NCBI GenBank assembly: GCA_963720545.1
Contig: OY970399.1
Coordinates: 2,112,001-2,176,000, forward strand
Reading direction: 5' to 3'
Length of the DNA stretch: 64,000 nucleotides
Origin: an uncultured Acidobacteriota bacterium
GTDB lineage: Bacteria; Acidobacteriota; Vicinamibacteria; Fen-336
The notes under the pieces are model-generated. The model made no database searches. It saw only the letters and a list, made by a program, of their open reading frames with translations, and was not told where the DNA came from. Position numbers and translations under genes: made by a program. Positions 1-9,953 of the stretch are shown here, in pieces. Within the stretch, counting starts at the first letter, position 1, and each line of letters starts with the position of its first letter.

Positions 1-2319
1 GCCGCTCTTGCGCGCCGCCGCCAGCGTGTCGTCGATGAAGCCGCGCACCTGCGGGTAGCGGTCGAAGTAGGCGCCGATGAAGCGCTCGGCTTCCTTTTGC
101 GGCACGCCGATGTCCTTCGCCAGCGTGAAGGCGGTCTTGCCGTAGAGGAGCGCGTAGTTGACCATCTTCGAGATGCGGCGCTGCTCGGCGGCCGGCATGG
201 TCGAGAACGGACCGAACACCTCGCGCGAGGTGCGGTCGTGGACGTCCTCGTCACGGTGGAAGGTGTCGATGAGGGTCTCGTCCTGCGAGAGGTGTGCCAG
301 CACCCGCAGCTCGATCTGGCTGTAGTCGGCCGAGAGCAGCACGTGGCCGGGCTCGGCGACGAACGCCTCGCGGATGCGCTTGCCCTCGGCGGTGCGGATC
401 GGCACGTTCTGCAGGTTCGGGTCGCTCATCGACAGGCGGCCGGTGGCGGCGACCGTCTGGTTGAAGGTCGCGTGAATGCGGCCGGTCGCCTTGTCCACCA
501 GCAGCGGCAGCGCATCGACATAGGTGGACTTCAGCTTCTGCACCTGGCGGTAGTCGAGGATCTTGCGCGGCAGCTCGTGGCTCAGCGCCAGCTCCTCGAG
601 CACGTCTTCCGCGGTGGACGCGGCGCGCGTCTTGGCGGTCTTCTTCGCCGAGCGCAGGCCGAGGCGGTCGAACAGGATCTCGCGCAGCTGGATGGGCGAG
701 TTGATGTTGAACTCGCCCTTGGCAAGCGAATAGATGTCGCGCGTCAGCACCACCAGCTGGCTGTCCATGTCGCGGCTCATGGCCGCAAGGTGCGCGACGT
801 CCACCTTGACGCCGCACGCTTCCATGCGGCACAGAATCTGCGCCAGCGGCAGTTCCATGTTGCGGTAGACGTCGCCGAGGCCCTCCGCGTCGATGCGCGG
901 CGTGAGCACGTTCGCGAGCCGGTCGATGACCGCGGCCGCCTCGCCGGCGGCACGCGCGGCGTGCGAAGCCTCGGCGCCCTCGGGAAGCACGAGATTGTCG
1001 ATGTTGGCCGGACGCTCGCCGAGATACTCGGCGGCCAGGTCGCCGAGGCCCTGCGCACGGCGGCCGGGGGCGAGAAGATAGGCGGCGATCTGCACGTCCA
1101 CCGCGACGCCGCGCAGGCTGATGCCGCGCCGCGACAACGCCAGTGTGTCGGATTTGCTGTTGAAGCAGCGCTTGGCGATCGCCTCCTCGGCGAGAGCCGG
1201 ACCGAGGGCCGAGAGCACCGCCTCCTCCTCGAGGCCCTCGCCGAGCAGCGAATGGTCGCGAAACGGCACGTAGGCGGGCGTCCTGTCCGCGGCCTGCGCC
1301 GCCACACCGCGCAGCTTCATGCGCGAGGCGGACGCCTGGTCGCCGAGGAGAGCGAGTGTCAGCGCGGGTGCCGCGCGCAACTCCGCGGCGAGCGCGTCGA
1401 GCGCGGCGCTGTCCGAGACGAGCCGCGCGTCGACCGCCTTCACCAGGTGTTCGGGTGCGAATTCCTTCGCGAGCACCATGAACTCGAGCTCGGTGAAGAG
1501 GCTGTGCGCCAGTTCCTTGTCGGGTTCGACGCGGCGCATCAGCTCGGCGTTGAAGCTGACCGGCGCGTCGACTCGCAGCGTCACCAGTTCCTTCGAGAGG
1601 AGCGCCATGTCGCGATGCTGCTCCAGGCCCTCGCGGTAGGCCTTGCGCTTCACCGCCGCGGCGTTCTCGAGCACCGCCTCGAGGCTGCCGAACTCCTTGA
1701 TGAGGTCGCGAGCGCCCTTCTCGCCGATGCCGGGAATGCCGGGGACGTTGTCGACCGCGTCGCCCACGAGTGCCAGCACGTCCACCACGCGCGCCGGCGG
1801 GACGCCGAACTTCTCTTCCACCACCGTCTGGTCGTAGAGGGTCGCGCCGACGCCGTCGCGGCCGGGGTTCAGCACCCGAATGTCGTCGTCCACCAGCTGC
1901 AGCAGGTCCTTGTCGCCGGTGACGATCACGACCGCGAAGCCCGCGCGCACCGCCTGGCGCGCCAGTGTCGCGATGACGTCGTCGGCCTCGAACCCGGGCA
2001 GGTCGATGATCGGGATGCGAAACGCCTCGCAGACGCGGCGCACGTACGGCACCTGCACCGCGAGGTCGTCGTCCATGCGCCGGCGGTTCGCCTTGTAGTC
2101 CGCGTACTGCTCGTGGCGGAAAGTGCGCCCGGCAACGTCGAAACTGATGGCGACGTACTCCGGGTTCTCGTCGCTGAGCAGCTTGCGCAGCATGGTGGTG
2201 AAGCCGTAGGTCGCGTTGGTCGGCAGGCCGCGGCTCGTCGCCAATCCGCGGATCGCGAAGTAGGCGCGATGGAACTGGGCGCTGCCGTCAATAAGATGGA
2301 CCTTGGCTGGCGCGGGCAT
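1..2319 (-). CDS. polA: DNA polymerase I (3' end outside window)
   Basis: Manual minus-strand translation from ATG 2319 gives MPAPAKVHLIDGSAQFHRAYFAIRGL...YKANRRRM (5'-3' exonuclease), ...TGRLSMSDPNLQNVP, ADYSQIELRVLAHLS and SKMVNYALLYG (polymerase motifs). Absent from the ORF track because the stop lies outside the window. Confidence 0.97.
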   Translation of the reverse strand, partial: MPAPAKVHLIDGSAQFHRAYFAIRGLATSRGLPTNATYGFTTMLRKLLSDENPEYVAISFDVAGRTFRHEQYADYKANRRRMDDDLAVQVPYVRRVCEAFRIPIIDLPGFEADDVIATLARQAVRAGFAVVIVTGDKDLLQLVDDDIRVLNPGRDGVGATLYDQTVVEEKFGVPPARVVDVLALVGDAVDNVPGIPGIGEKGARDLIKEFGSLEAVLENAAAVKRKAYREGLEQHRDMALLSKELVTLRVDAPVSFNAELMRRVEPDKELAHSLFTELEFMVLAKEFAPEHLVKAVDARLVSDSAALDALAAELRAAPALTLALLGDQASASRMKLRGVAAQAADRTPAYVPFRDHSLLGEGLEEEAVLSALGPALAEEAIAKRCFNSKSDTLALSRRGISLRGVAVDVQIAAYLLAPGRRAQGLGDLAAEYLGERPANIDNLVLPEGAEASHAARAAGEAAAVIDRLANVLTPRIDAEGLGDVYRNMELPLAQILCRMEACGVKVDVAHLAAMSRDMDSQLVVLTRDIYSLAKGEFNINSPIQLREILFDRLGLRSAKKTAKTRAASTAEDVLEELALSHELPRKILDYRQVQKLKSTYVDALPLLVDKATGRIHATFNQTVAATGRLSMSDPNLQNVPIRTAEGKRIREAFVAEPGHVLLSADYSQIELRVLAHLSQDETLIDTFHRDEDVHDRTSREVFGPFSTMPAAEQRRISKMVNYALLYGKTAFTLAKDIGVPQKEAERFIGAYFDRYPQVRGFIDDTLAAARKSG

Positions 2320-2354
2320 TTGCGGGGACCTTGATCTTATAATCCACGGCGCCC

Positions 2355-3077
2355 ATGAGGGTTCTTGCCGCGGCCTCCCTGTTCCTCCTCCTAGCCCTGC
2401 GCGGCTGCACCACCTACGAGTTCGACCACGAGTTCTGGCTGCGCGTGGACGGCACCGGCGACGTCAGCGTCACCGGCCGCCCGGAGCTGTGGGCCGAGTT
2501 CAAGGGACTGCGCTCGCCGGTCGCGGACACCGGGGCGATGGGCGAGGAAGCGCGGCGCTTGTTCGAGTCGGCCGGCCTCGAAGTGCGCCGCGTGACCGTG
2601 ACGCGCCGCGGCGGCCATCCCTACATCTTCCTCAGCGCGCGCTTCCAGGACGTCAACAAGCTGAGCGGTTCGCCCGCCTTCCCCGACATTCTGGGGCTCG
2701 GCATGGCGCGCGAACCCGGCAAGCTGCGGGTCTACGGCAAGTGGCTGCGCCCCGGCGCCGCGTCGGCATCCGCCGCGCCCGCGGCCGCTGCAGCGAACGT
2801 CGCCGGACTGGTGGCGGTGCGCGTGCACTTGCCGGCGAAGGTTTTCGAGCATCGCAACGCGGTCGACGGCCTCGAGCGCGGCAACATCGTCTCGTGGCGC
2901 GAGACGGTTGCCGAGAGCCTGCAGGGACAACCACTCGAATTCGGCTTCCTCATCGGCGATCGCAGCATCCTGCTGTCGACGGTGGGCTTGTTTGCCGGCG
3001 CGATCATCCTGGGCCTGGGCCTTCTCGGCCTGGCGCTCTACATGACGGCGCGGCGAGGGCGGAAGAAAACCGGCTGA
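2355..3077 (+). CDS. Putative lipoprotein with C-terminal TM anchor (LppM/DUF3153-like architecture)
   Basis: Signal peptide with lipobox-like LALRGC, C-terminal hydrophobic helix and basic tail; TATAAT at 2338-2343. Confidence 0.7.
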   Translation: MRVLAAASLFLLLALRGCTTYEFDHEFWLRVDGTGDVSVTGRPELWAEFKGLRSPVADTGAMGEEARRLFESAGLEVRRVTVTRRGGHPYIFLSARFQDVNKLSGSPAFPDILGLGMAREPGKLRVYGKWLRPGAASASAAPAAAAANVAGLVAVRVHLPAKVFEHRNAVDGLERGNIVSWRETVAESLQGQPLEFGFLIGDRSILLSTVGLFAGAIILGLGLLGLALYMTARRGRKKTG

Positions 3078-3092
3078 TATGATTGGAAATAA

Positions 3093-4580
<1,488 letters not shown>

Positions 4581-4596
4581 AAGAGGGAAGGCCCCG

Positions 4597-5352
4597 CTGA
4601 GCGCGGAGATCGGTCCATTCGCCGCGAGCCTGCTGCTCGGCGCCGCGGCGGCCGCCGCCAACCTGTTCGGCGGCTACGTGGTCACGCGCCGCAAGCACTG
4701 GAACGAGATTTTCCTCAAGTATTTCATCGGCCTCGGCGCCGGCTTCATGCTGGCGGCGGTGTTCCTGCGGCTCCTGCCCGAGAGCATGGCGCTGTCGCCG
4801 CATGCCCCGGCGCTGATGCTCGGCGGCTACTTCCTGGTGCACTTCTTCGAGCACACGATCGCACCGCACTTCCACTTCGGCGAGGAGACACACGGCGAGC
4901 TGATGCTGAACCCCGCGGTCGCGTGGTCGGCGCTCACCGGCCTCACCATCCACACCTTCTTCGACGGCGTCTCGATCGCCTCGGGGTTCCTGGTCTCGAT
5001 GTCGCTCGGGGTGCTGATCTTCGTGGCGGTCGCGCTGCACAAGATTCCCGAGGGCTTCACGGTCGCCTCGATTGCCCTGGCTTCGGGCCGCGGCAATCGC
5101 GGCGCCTGGACCGCCACCTGGGTGCTGGCGAGCGCCACCCTGCTGGGCGTCCTGGTGATGCACTATTTCGCCGCGGCCGTCAGCTATGCGCTGCCGCTCT
5201 CCACCGGGGTCACGTTGTACGTGGCGGCGAGCGACCTCATCCCCGAGGTGAACGAGGAGCGGGGCCTGCGCATGGCGGCGGTGGTGTTCGTCGGCGTCGC
5301 CTTGTTCGCGGTGTCGTCGCTGCTGCTCTCTGCCCTGGGCGCCTCCGCCTGA
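4597..5352 (+). CDS. ZIP family divalent metal transporter (start uncertain: CTG 4597 or GTG 4678)
   Basis: HTFFDG and LHKIPEG ZIP motifs, His-rich loop PHFHFGEETH, YVAASDLIPE; first TM helix is encoded upstream of GTG 4678. Confidence 0.88.
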   Translation: MSAEIGPFAASLLLGAAAAAANLFGGYVVTRRKHWNEIFLKYFIGLGAGFMLAAVFLRLLPESMALSPHAPALMLGGYFLVHFFEHTIAPHFHFGEETHGELMLNPAVAWSALTGLTIHTFFDGVSIASGFLVSMSLGVLIFVAVALHKIPEGFTVASIALASGRGNRGAWTATWVLASATLLGVLVMHYFAAAVSYALPLSTGVTLYVAASDLIPEVNEERGLRMAAVVFVGVALFAVSSLLLSALGASA

Positions 5353-5441
5353 CTTCTTGCGCCCTTCCAGCAGATGTTGTAGCTTTTCCACTTCGCAGCG
5401 ATAACTTCCTTTCGATTCAATCTCTTTCGGGAGTAAGACCG

Positions 5442-6467
5442 ATGAAGCACCGTGTCTCCTTGACGGGTCTCTCCTTCCTGATCGTTGCTGCCATCGGCTT
5501 CGCGGGCTGCTCCAGCATCCAGGCGCGCCAGGCCTTGAAGGATGGCAACAAGCTCTACAAGGAAGAAAACTTCCGGAAGGCCATCGAGAAATACGACCGC
5601 GCCCTCGAGCTGGAGCCGGCGAACGCCCCGGCGGCGTTCTACCGCGCGAGCTCCTACCAGGCGCTCTACCGGCCCGGCCGCACCGACATTCCCGACAACA
5701 AGTCGCGCCTCGATACGGCCATCGAGGGCTACAAGAGCGTCGTCAATTCCGCCGGCACCACCGAGGACGACAAGCAGGTGAAGGCCAACGCGCTGGCGGC
5801 GCTCACCGGCATCTACGCCGAGGACCCGTACCGCAACTACGACAGCGCCGTGGAGTACGCGAACCAGCTGGTGTCGCAAAACCCCAACGATGCCAAGTTC
5901 CTGCTGGCGATGGCCAACCTCTACGAGCGTTTCGAGCGCACCGCCGAGGCGGAATCGGTCTACAAGAAGATCCGCGAGCTGTATCCGAACGACGCCGCGC
6001 TCTGCTCGCACGTCGCCGGCTTCTACAACAAGCCGCTTTGGTCCGACCCGTCCGGGCGCAACGCCGACGGCAAGACCTCGCGCTTCGAGGACGCCATCAC
6101 CACCCTGAAGGCCTGCGCCGAGCTGGCACCGCAGGATCCGGGCGGCTTCCACAAGGTGGCGGTCTTCTACTGGGACAAGGCCTACCGCGACGCCTCGCTC
6201 GACCCCAAGCAGCGCGACGCCTACGCGGTCGCCGGCCTCGAGTACGCCGACAAGGCGCTGTCCCTCAAGCCCGACTACTTCGAGGCGGTGGTGTTCAAGA
6301 ACCTGCTCTACCGCGTGCGCGCCTCGGCCACCACCGACCCCCGTCAGCGCACGGGCTATCTCGACGAGGCCGAGAAGTACCAGAAGCTCGGCATCGAGCT
6401 GAAGAAGCAGCAGCAGGAAGCCGCCGCCCAGCAGGCGGCGCTGAAACCGGCCTCGCCCGCTTCTTAA
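5442..6467 (+). CDS. TPR-repeat lipoprotein
   Basis: ATG 5442 after GGGAG SD; signal peptide ending FAGC; several TPR-like repeats (GNKLYKEENFRKAIEKYDRALELEP, ADKALSLKPDYFEA). Confidence 0.85.
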   Translation: MKHRVSLTGLSFLIVAAIGFAGCSSIQARQALKDGNKLYKEENFRKAIEKYDRALELEPANAPAAFYRASSYQALYRPGRTDIPDNKSRLDTAIEGYKSVVNSAGTTEDDKQVKANALAALTGIYAEDPYRNYDSAVEYANQLVSQNPNDAKFLLAMANLYERFERTAEAESVYKKIRELYPNDAALCSHVAGFYNKPLWSDPSGRNADGKTSRFEDAITTLKACAELAPQDPGGFHKVAVFYWDKAYRDASLDPKQRDAYAVAGLEYADKALSLKPDYFEAVVFKNLLYRVRASATTDPRQRTGYLDEAEKYQKLGIELKKQQQEAAAQQAALKPASPAS

Positions 6468-6471
6468 CGTC

Positions 6472-6500
6472 ATGGCACGGGCGAAGCCCGTGCCATTTCC
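6472..6500 (+). terminator. Hairpin terminator after TPR gene
   Basis: Perfect 11-bp stem ATGGCACGGGC-GAA-GCCCGTGCCAT just after the stop, followed by a pyrimidine-rich tail. Confidence 0.7.
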
Positions 6501-6634
6501 GTTGCCGATCTGCTTTTAGACGCTTCCCTGTTGTCGTTGCCGTTGTTTGCGGCCGTTGCCGTTCCCCAGGCGGTAGTCCGTTGCCGTTTGTCCTGCCGTT
6601 CCCCAGGCGGTAGCCCGTTTGTCGATCTGCTGTT
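6499..6634. repeat. Intergenic repeat cluster (left arm)
   Basis: 20-bp direct repeat TGCCGTTCCCCAGGCGGTAG at 6557-6576 and 6594-6613, multiple CCGTTG units; reverse complement of motifs at 7139-7258. Confidence 0.85.
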
Positions 6635-6646
6635 CTCCCATTCGAC
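6620..6646 (+). promoter_or_regulatory. Putative ECF42-type sigma factor promoter
   Basis: TGTCGA (6620-6625), 17 nt, CGAC (6643-6646) directly upstream of a DGPF/YCII gene; fits the ECF42 consensus TGTCGA...CGA/TC. Confidence 0.6.
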
Positions 6647-6665
6647 GGGTCCATGAGGGGGAACG

Positions 6666-7070
6666 ATGCGCTACATGATCATGGTCAAGGGCAGCGCCGA
6701 CTCCGAGGCCTGCAAGATGCCCGAGCAGGCGCTCGTGGACGCCATGGTGGCCTACCACGAGGAGCTGGCGAGGGCCGGGGTGCTGCTCGACGGCTCGGGC
6801 CTGCAGCCGTCCTCCAGGGGCGCGAGGATCCGCTATGCGGGCGCCCGCCGCACGGTCATAGACGGCCCATTCGCCGAGGCCAAGGAGCTGGTGGCCGGCT
6901 ACACCCTCATCCAGGTGAAGTCGCATGAGGAAGCCATGGAATGGGCCATGCGCTTCCCCAACCCCATGGGCGAGAACGCGGATGCCGAGATCGAGATCCG
7001 GCCGTTGAACGACGTGGAAGACGTGGTGCAGGGCGAAGACGCCGAGCGGTTCAGGAAGCTCGGACTGTGA
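6666..7070 (+). CDS. YCII-related (DGPF domain) protein
   Basis: MRYMIMVK start; GVLLDGSGLQPS and VIDGPFAEAKELVAGY signature; EIEIRP. Confidence 0.92.
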   Translation: MRYMIMVKGSADSEACKMPEQALVDAMVAYHEELARAGVLLDGSGLQPSSRGARIRYAGARRTVIDGPFAEAKELVAGYTLIQVKSHEEAMEWAMRFPNPMGENADAEIEIRPLNDVEDVVQGEDAERFRKLGL

Positions 7071-7166
7071 GGCCCAATCGTTGCCCCGAGGAGCTCAACG
7101 CGGGCCTGCGACCAGGGATCCACTGTGTCCGGACACAGTAACAGCAGATCGGGAACGGACGCGGAC

Positions 7167-7309
7167 GCAAGCGCCCGGGGAACGGACTAACGGAAATCGA
7201 CGGATTGGATGGGGACGGGAGCCAATCCGTCGATGATGAGCAAGCGCCTGGGGAACGGACTCACGGAAATCGACGGATTGGACGCGAACGACCGCCAATC
7301 CGTCGATGA
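7167..7309. repeat. Two tandem 73-bp units, each with a 13-bp perfect hairpin
   Basis: Units start at 7167 and 7240: GCAAGCGCCYGGGGAACGGACTMACGGAA-ATCGACGGATTGG-(13 nt variable)-CCAATCCGTCGAT-GA; lies between convergent YCII and exbD stops. Confidence 0.9.
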
Positions 7310-7795
7310 CTACTGCGAAGGCGGCTGGTTGGCGGCGGCGGCGGCGGCGTTGGCCTCGTCGTTGATGATGCCGATGCGCTCGACGCCCGCGCCCTTGGCC
7401 GAGTCCATCGCGTCCACCACGGTGCCGTACTTCACCTTGCCGTCGGCGCGCACGAACATGGTCTTGTCGGACTTGGTCTGGAAGATGTCGCGCAGCCGGC
7501 CCTCGAGCTCTTCCCTGGTCACCGGCGCCTTGTTGACGCTCAGGTTGCTGCTCGCGTCGATGTCGAGCACCACCGTCTGGTTGTTGTTCGGTGGCGGCGG
7601 CGTGGTGTCCTTGTTGTCGGCGGGCAGTGCGATGTCGAGCCCGCGCGGCGACAGCGGGGTCACCAGCATGAAGATGATGAGCAGCACCAGCATGACGTCG
7701 ATGAGCGGCGTGATGTTGATGTCCGACTTGGCGGCGCCGGCCGAGACCTTGCCGCCTTCGTGGGCGTGGACGGCCTTTTCTTTCTTGTGGGCCAT
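7310..7795 (-). CDS. exbD: ExbD/TolR family protein
   Basis: SDINITPLIDVMLVLLIIFMLVTP; FVRADGKVKYGTVVDAMD. Confidence 0.93.
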   Translation of the reverse strand: MAHKKEKAVHAHEGGKVSAGAAKSDINITPLIDVMLVLLIIFMLVTPLSPRGLDIALPADNKDTTPPPPNNNQTVVLDIDASSNLSVNKAPVTREELEGRLRDIFQTKSDKTMFVRADGKVKYGTVVDAMDSAKGAGVERIGIINDEANAAAAAANQPPSQ

Positions 7796-7798
7796 CGC

Positions 7799-8236
7799 TT
7801 AACCCTGGACCTTCTTGTCGGTGATGAGGGCGATGTCTTCGACGCCGGCCTTGTGCAGCAGGTCCATGACCTTCAGCACCTCCACGTAGTCGAGGTTGAC
7901 GTCGCACTTCAACTGCACGGTCTTCTGGTCCTCGGTCGCCTCTTCGAGGCGTGACTTGATCTGCTCGGCCAGCTCGGTCTCGGGGTTGGGGACGACCTTG
8001 CCGCCCAGGTACACCGTGTGGTTGGCGTCGTTTCGGACCGTGACCTGGATCGTCTTCTGCTCTTCCTTCTTCTCCTTCGTGTTGGCAGCCACGGGGAGCT
8101 TCACGTCGACACCCTTCTGCAGCAGGGGCGTGATGACCATGAAGATGATGAGCAGCACGATCATGATGTCCGCCATCGGTGTGACGTTGATGTCGGCGAT
8201 CGCGCCGCTCTTGTTGTCGCCAACGGCCATGGACAT
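7799..8236 (-). CDS. exbD: ExbD/TolR family protein (second paralog)
   Basis: ADINVTPMADIMIVLLIIFMVITP; VDVKLP. Confidence 0.93.
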   Translation of the reverse strand: MSMAVGDNKSGAIADINVTPMADIMIVLLIIFMVITPLLQKGVDVKLPVAANTKEKKEEQKTIQVTVRNDANHTVYLGGKVVPNPETELAEQIKSRLEEATEDQKTVQLKCDVNLDYVEVLKVMDLLHKAGVEDIALITDKKVQG

Positions 8237-8334
8237 GGCAGTTACCTCTTCCTAGTCTTCTCTTGCCGCCCCGCCTTTTTGCGGGGTCCCCCAGGAGGAA
8301 CGAGGGAGCCCGCGCACGGGAGCGGCCGCTGCTG

Positions 8335-9018
8335 TTAGGCCGTCTTCTTGATGAAGTAGTCGAGCAGCTCGGAGCTGGAGTTATCCATCTCGATGCCGAA
8401 GCTCTCGACCTTGCCGGTCAGGTAGTTGTACGCCCAGACCGCGGGCACCGCCACGAACAGGCCGAATGCGGTGGTGATGAGCGCCTCGGCGATACCGGCC
8501 GAGATGGCGGCGATGCCGCCCGAACCGGTGAGCGCCATGCCCTGGAAGGCGTTGATGATGCCGAAGGTGGTGCCGAACAGGCCGACGAACGGCGCCGTCG
8601 AGCCGACGGTGGCGAGGCCGGAGAGGCCGCGCTTGAGGTCGGCGATGTTGACCGCGGTGGCGCGCTGGATGGCACGCTTGGCGGCGTCGACCGCGCTGTC
8701 CTTGTCGCGGCTCGCTTCACCGGACTCCGACTGGTACTGCCATTCCTGCAGGCCCGAGAGCAGCACCTTGGCGAGGTGCGACTGCTTCACGCCGGCGCCG
8801 CGCGACGCGTCGACCGCTTCCTTGATCTTGCCGGCCTTCAGCAGGCGGGCGACCTCGGGGGCGTACTTGCGCGACTGGGCGGTCGCCGCGCGGAACGTCC
8901 ACCAGCGCTCGAACATGACTGCGATGGAATAGATGGACATGATCAGGAGCGTAAAGACAACGCCCTTTGCGACCCACCCCATGCTGATCCACATCTCCGA
9001 AATACTGAAGTGACCCAT
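8335..9018 (-). CDS. exbB: MotA/TolQ/ExbB proton channel
   Basis: LATVGSTAPFVGLFGT; GIAEALITTAFGLFVAVPAV. Confidence 0.94.
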   Translation of the reverse strand: MGHFSISEMWISMGWVAKGVVFTLLIMSIYSIAVMFERWWTFRAATAQSRKYAPEVARLLKAGKIKEAVDASRGAGVKQSHLAKVLLSGLQEWQYQSESGEASRDKDSAVDAAKRAIQRATAVNIADLKRGLSGLATVGSTAPFVGLFGTTFGIINAFQGMALTGSGGIAAISAGIAEALITTAFGLFVAVPAVWAYNYLTGKVESFGIEMDNSSSELLDYFIKKTA

Positions 9019-9069
9019 GCGTCCTCCTGGTCTTGTCCGTCCGTGATGAGGCTAGCTTATAAGCGTTCG

Positions 9070-9804
9070 TTAGTTGAGCTTGAAGTTCACGGTGACCGTC
9101 ATGATGACGGGAACCGGAACACCGTTCAAAAGCGTCGGCGAATACGTCCACTGCATCACCGCGTCGTGCGCCGCCTGGTCGAGGAGCGGGATGCCGCGCA
9201 GGTTCTTGCAGGTGGTGACCGTGCCCTTGGGGCTGATCACGCACTCCATGATCACGACGCCCTGCACCCGCGCCTGGCGGGCGATGTCCGGATAGACCGG
9301 CTGGGTGCGCTTGATGATCTTGGGTTCCTTGATCTGGCCGCCGACGCGGATCGGCTCCGTGACCTGCGCCGGCGCTTCGGGAAGGCCGCCGACCACACCG
9401 CCGACGACGCCGCCGGCGACGCCGCCCTCGACACCGCCCGCAACGCCGCCCTCGACGCCGAGGTCCATGCTCGCCTCGGGCTTGACCTCGGTGGGCGTCT
9501 CGACCGGCGCTACGAACTTGGGCACCTCGGTCGGCACCGGCCTCTGCTGCACCACCGGGGCCTTGGGGGCCGGCGGCGGAGGCGGAGGAGGCGGAGGCGG
9601 AGCGGCCGCGGGCTCGACGAAGAACGCCTTCACGACCGAGGTCGGGTCCGGCAGCTGTTCCTTGCTGAAGATGGGAACCACCACCAGCAGGATGAGTGCG
9701 ATCGCGTGCAGCGCCAGCGAGATGGGGAGGATGCGGCTCTGCTTGGTCTTGTGGCCGCGGACGTCCGAATCGATCAGATCTTCGAAAAGCCTTTGCTGCT
9801 GCAT
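9070..9804 (-). CDS. tonB: Energy transducer TonB
   Basis: N-terminal TM with SLALH, poly-Pro linker, GGVEGGVAGGVVGG repeats, C-terminal YPDIARQARVQGVV...QWTYSP. Confidence 0.93.
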   Translation of the reverse strand: MQQQRLFEDLIDSDVRGHKTKQSRILPISLALHAIALILLVVVPIFSKEQLPDPTSVVKAFFVEPAAAPPPPPPPPPPAPKAPVVQQRPVPTEVPKFVAPVETPTEVKPEASMDLGVEGGVAGGVEGGVAGGVVGGVVGGLPEAPAQVTEPIRVGGQIKEPKIIKRTQPVYPDIARQARVQGVVIMECVISPKGTVTTCKNLRGIPLLDQAAHDAVMQWTYSPTLLNGVPVPVIMTVTVNFKLN

Positions 9805-9862
9805 GTTACCTGCCTCGCTTTCCGCGGAGCGCTACGCTTTCCTCGCTGTCACGAAGGCTGGG

Positions 9863-9892
9863 ATTGTAATCCCCGGTTTTTCAAGGTGTCAA
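9863..9892 (-). promoter_or_regulatory. sigma70 promoter of tonB-exbB-exbD-exbD
   Basis: Minus strand TTGACA, 18 nt, TACAAT upstream of tonB ATG 9804. Confidence 0.7.
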
Positions 9893-9953
9893 GACCGGGA
9901 GCGCTTCCATCTCAAAGACACCGTTGGACTTCAACGGGTTCCGAAAAGGTTCC

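Noticed and set aside
97..2334. 745-aa plus-strand ORF
   Set aside because: Antisense shadow of polA; no motifs, typical of high-GC DNA
7167..7309. Mini CRISPR array
   Set aside because: Only two units, 13-nt variable parts sit inside hairpin loops, and no cas genes in the window
8269..8286. Hairpin between exbB and exbD as ncRNA
   Set aside because: Short 6-bp stem only; most likely an mRNA stability or attenuation hairpin
9380..9610. Low-complexity GGC/CCG repeats
   Set aside because: Encode the normal poly-Pro and GGV linker of TonB
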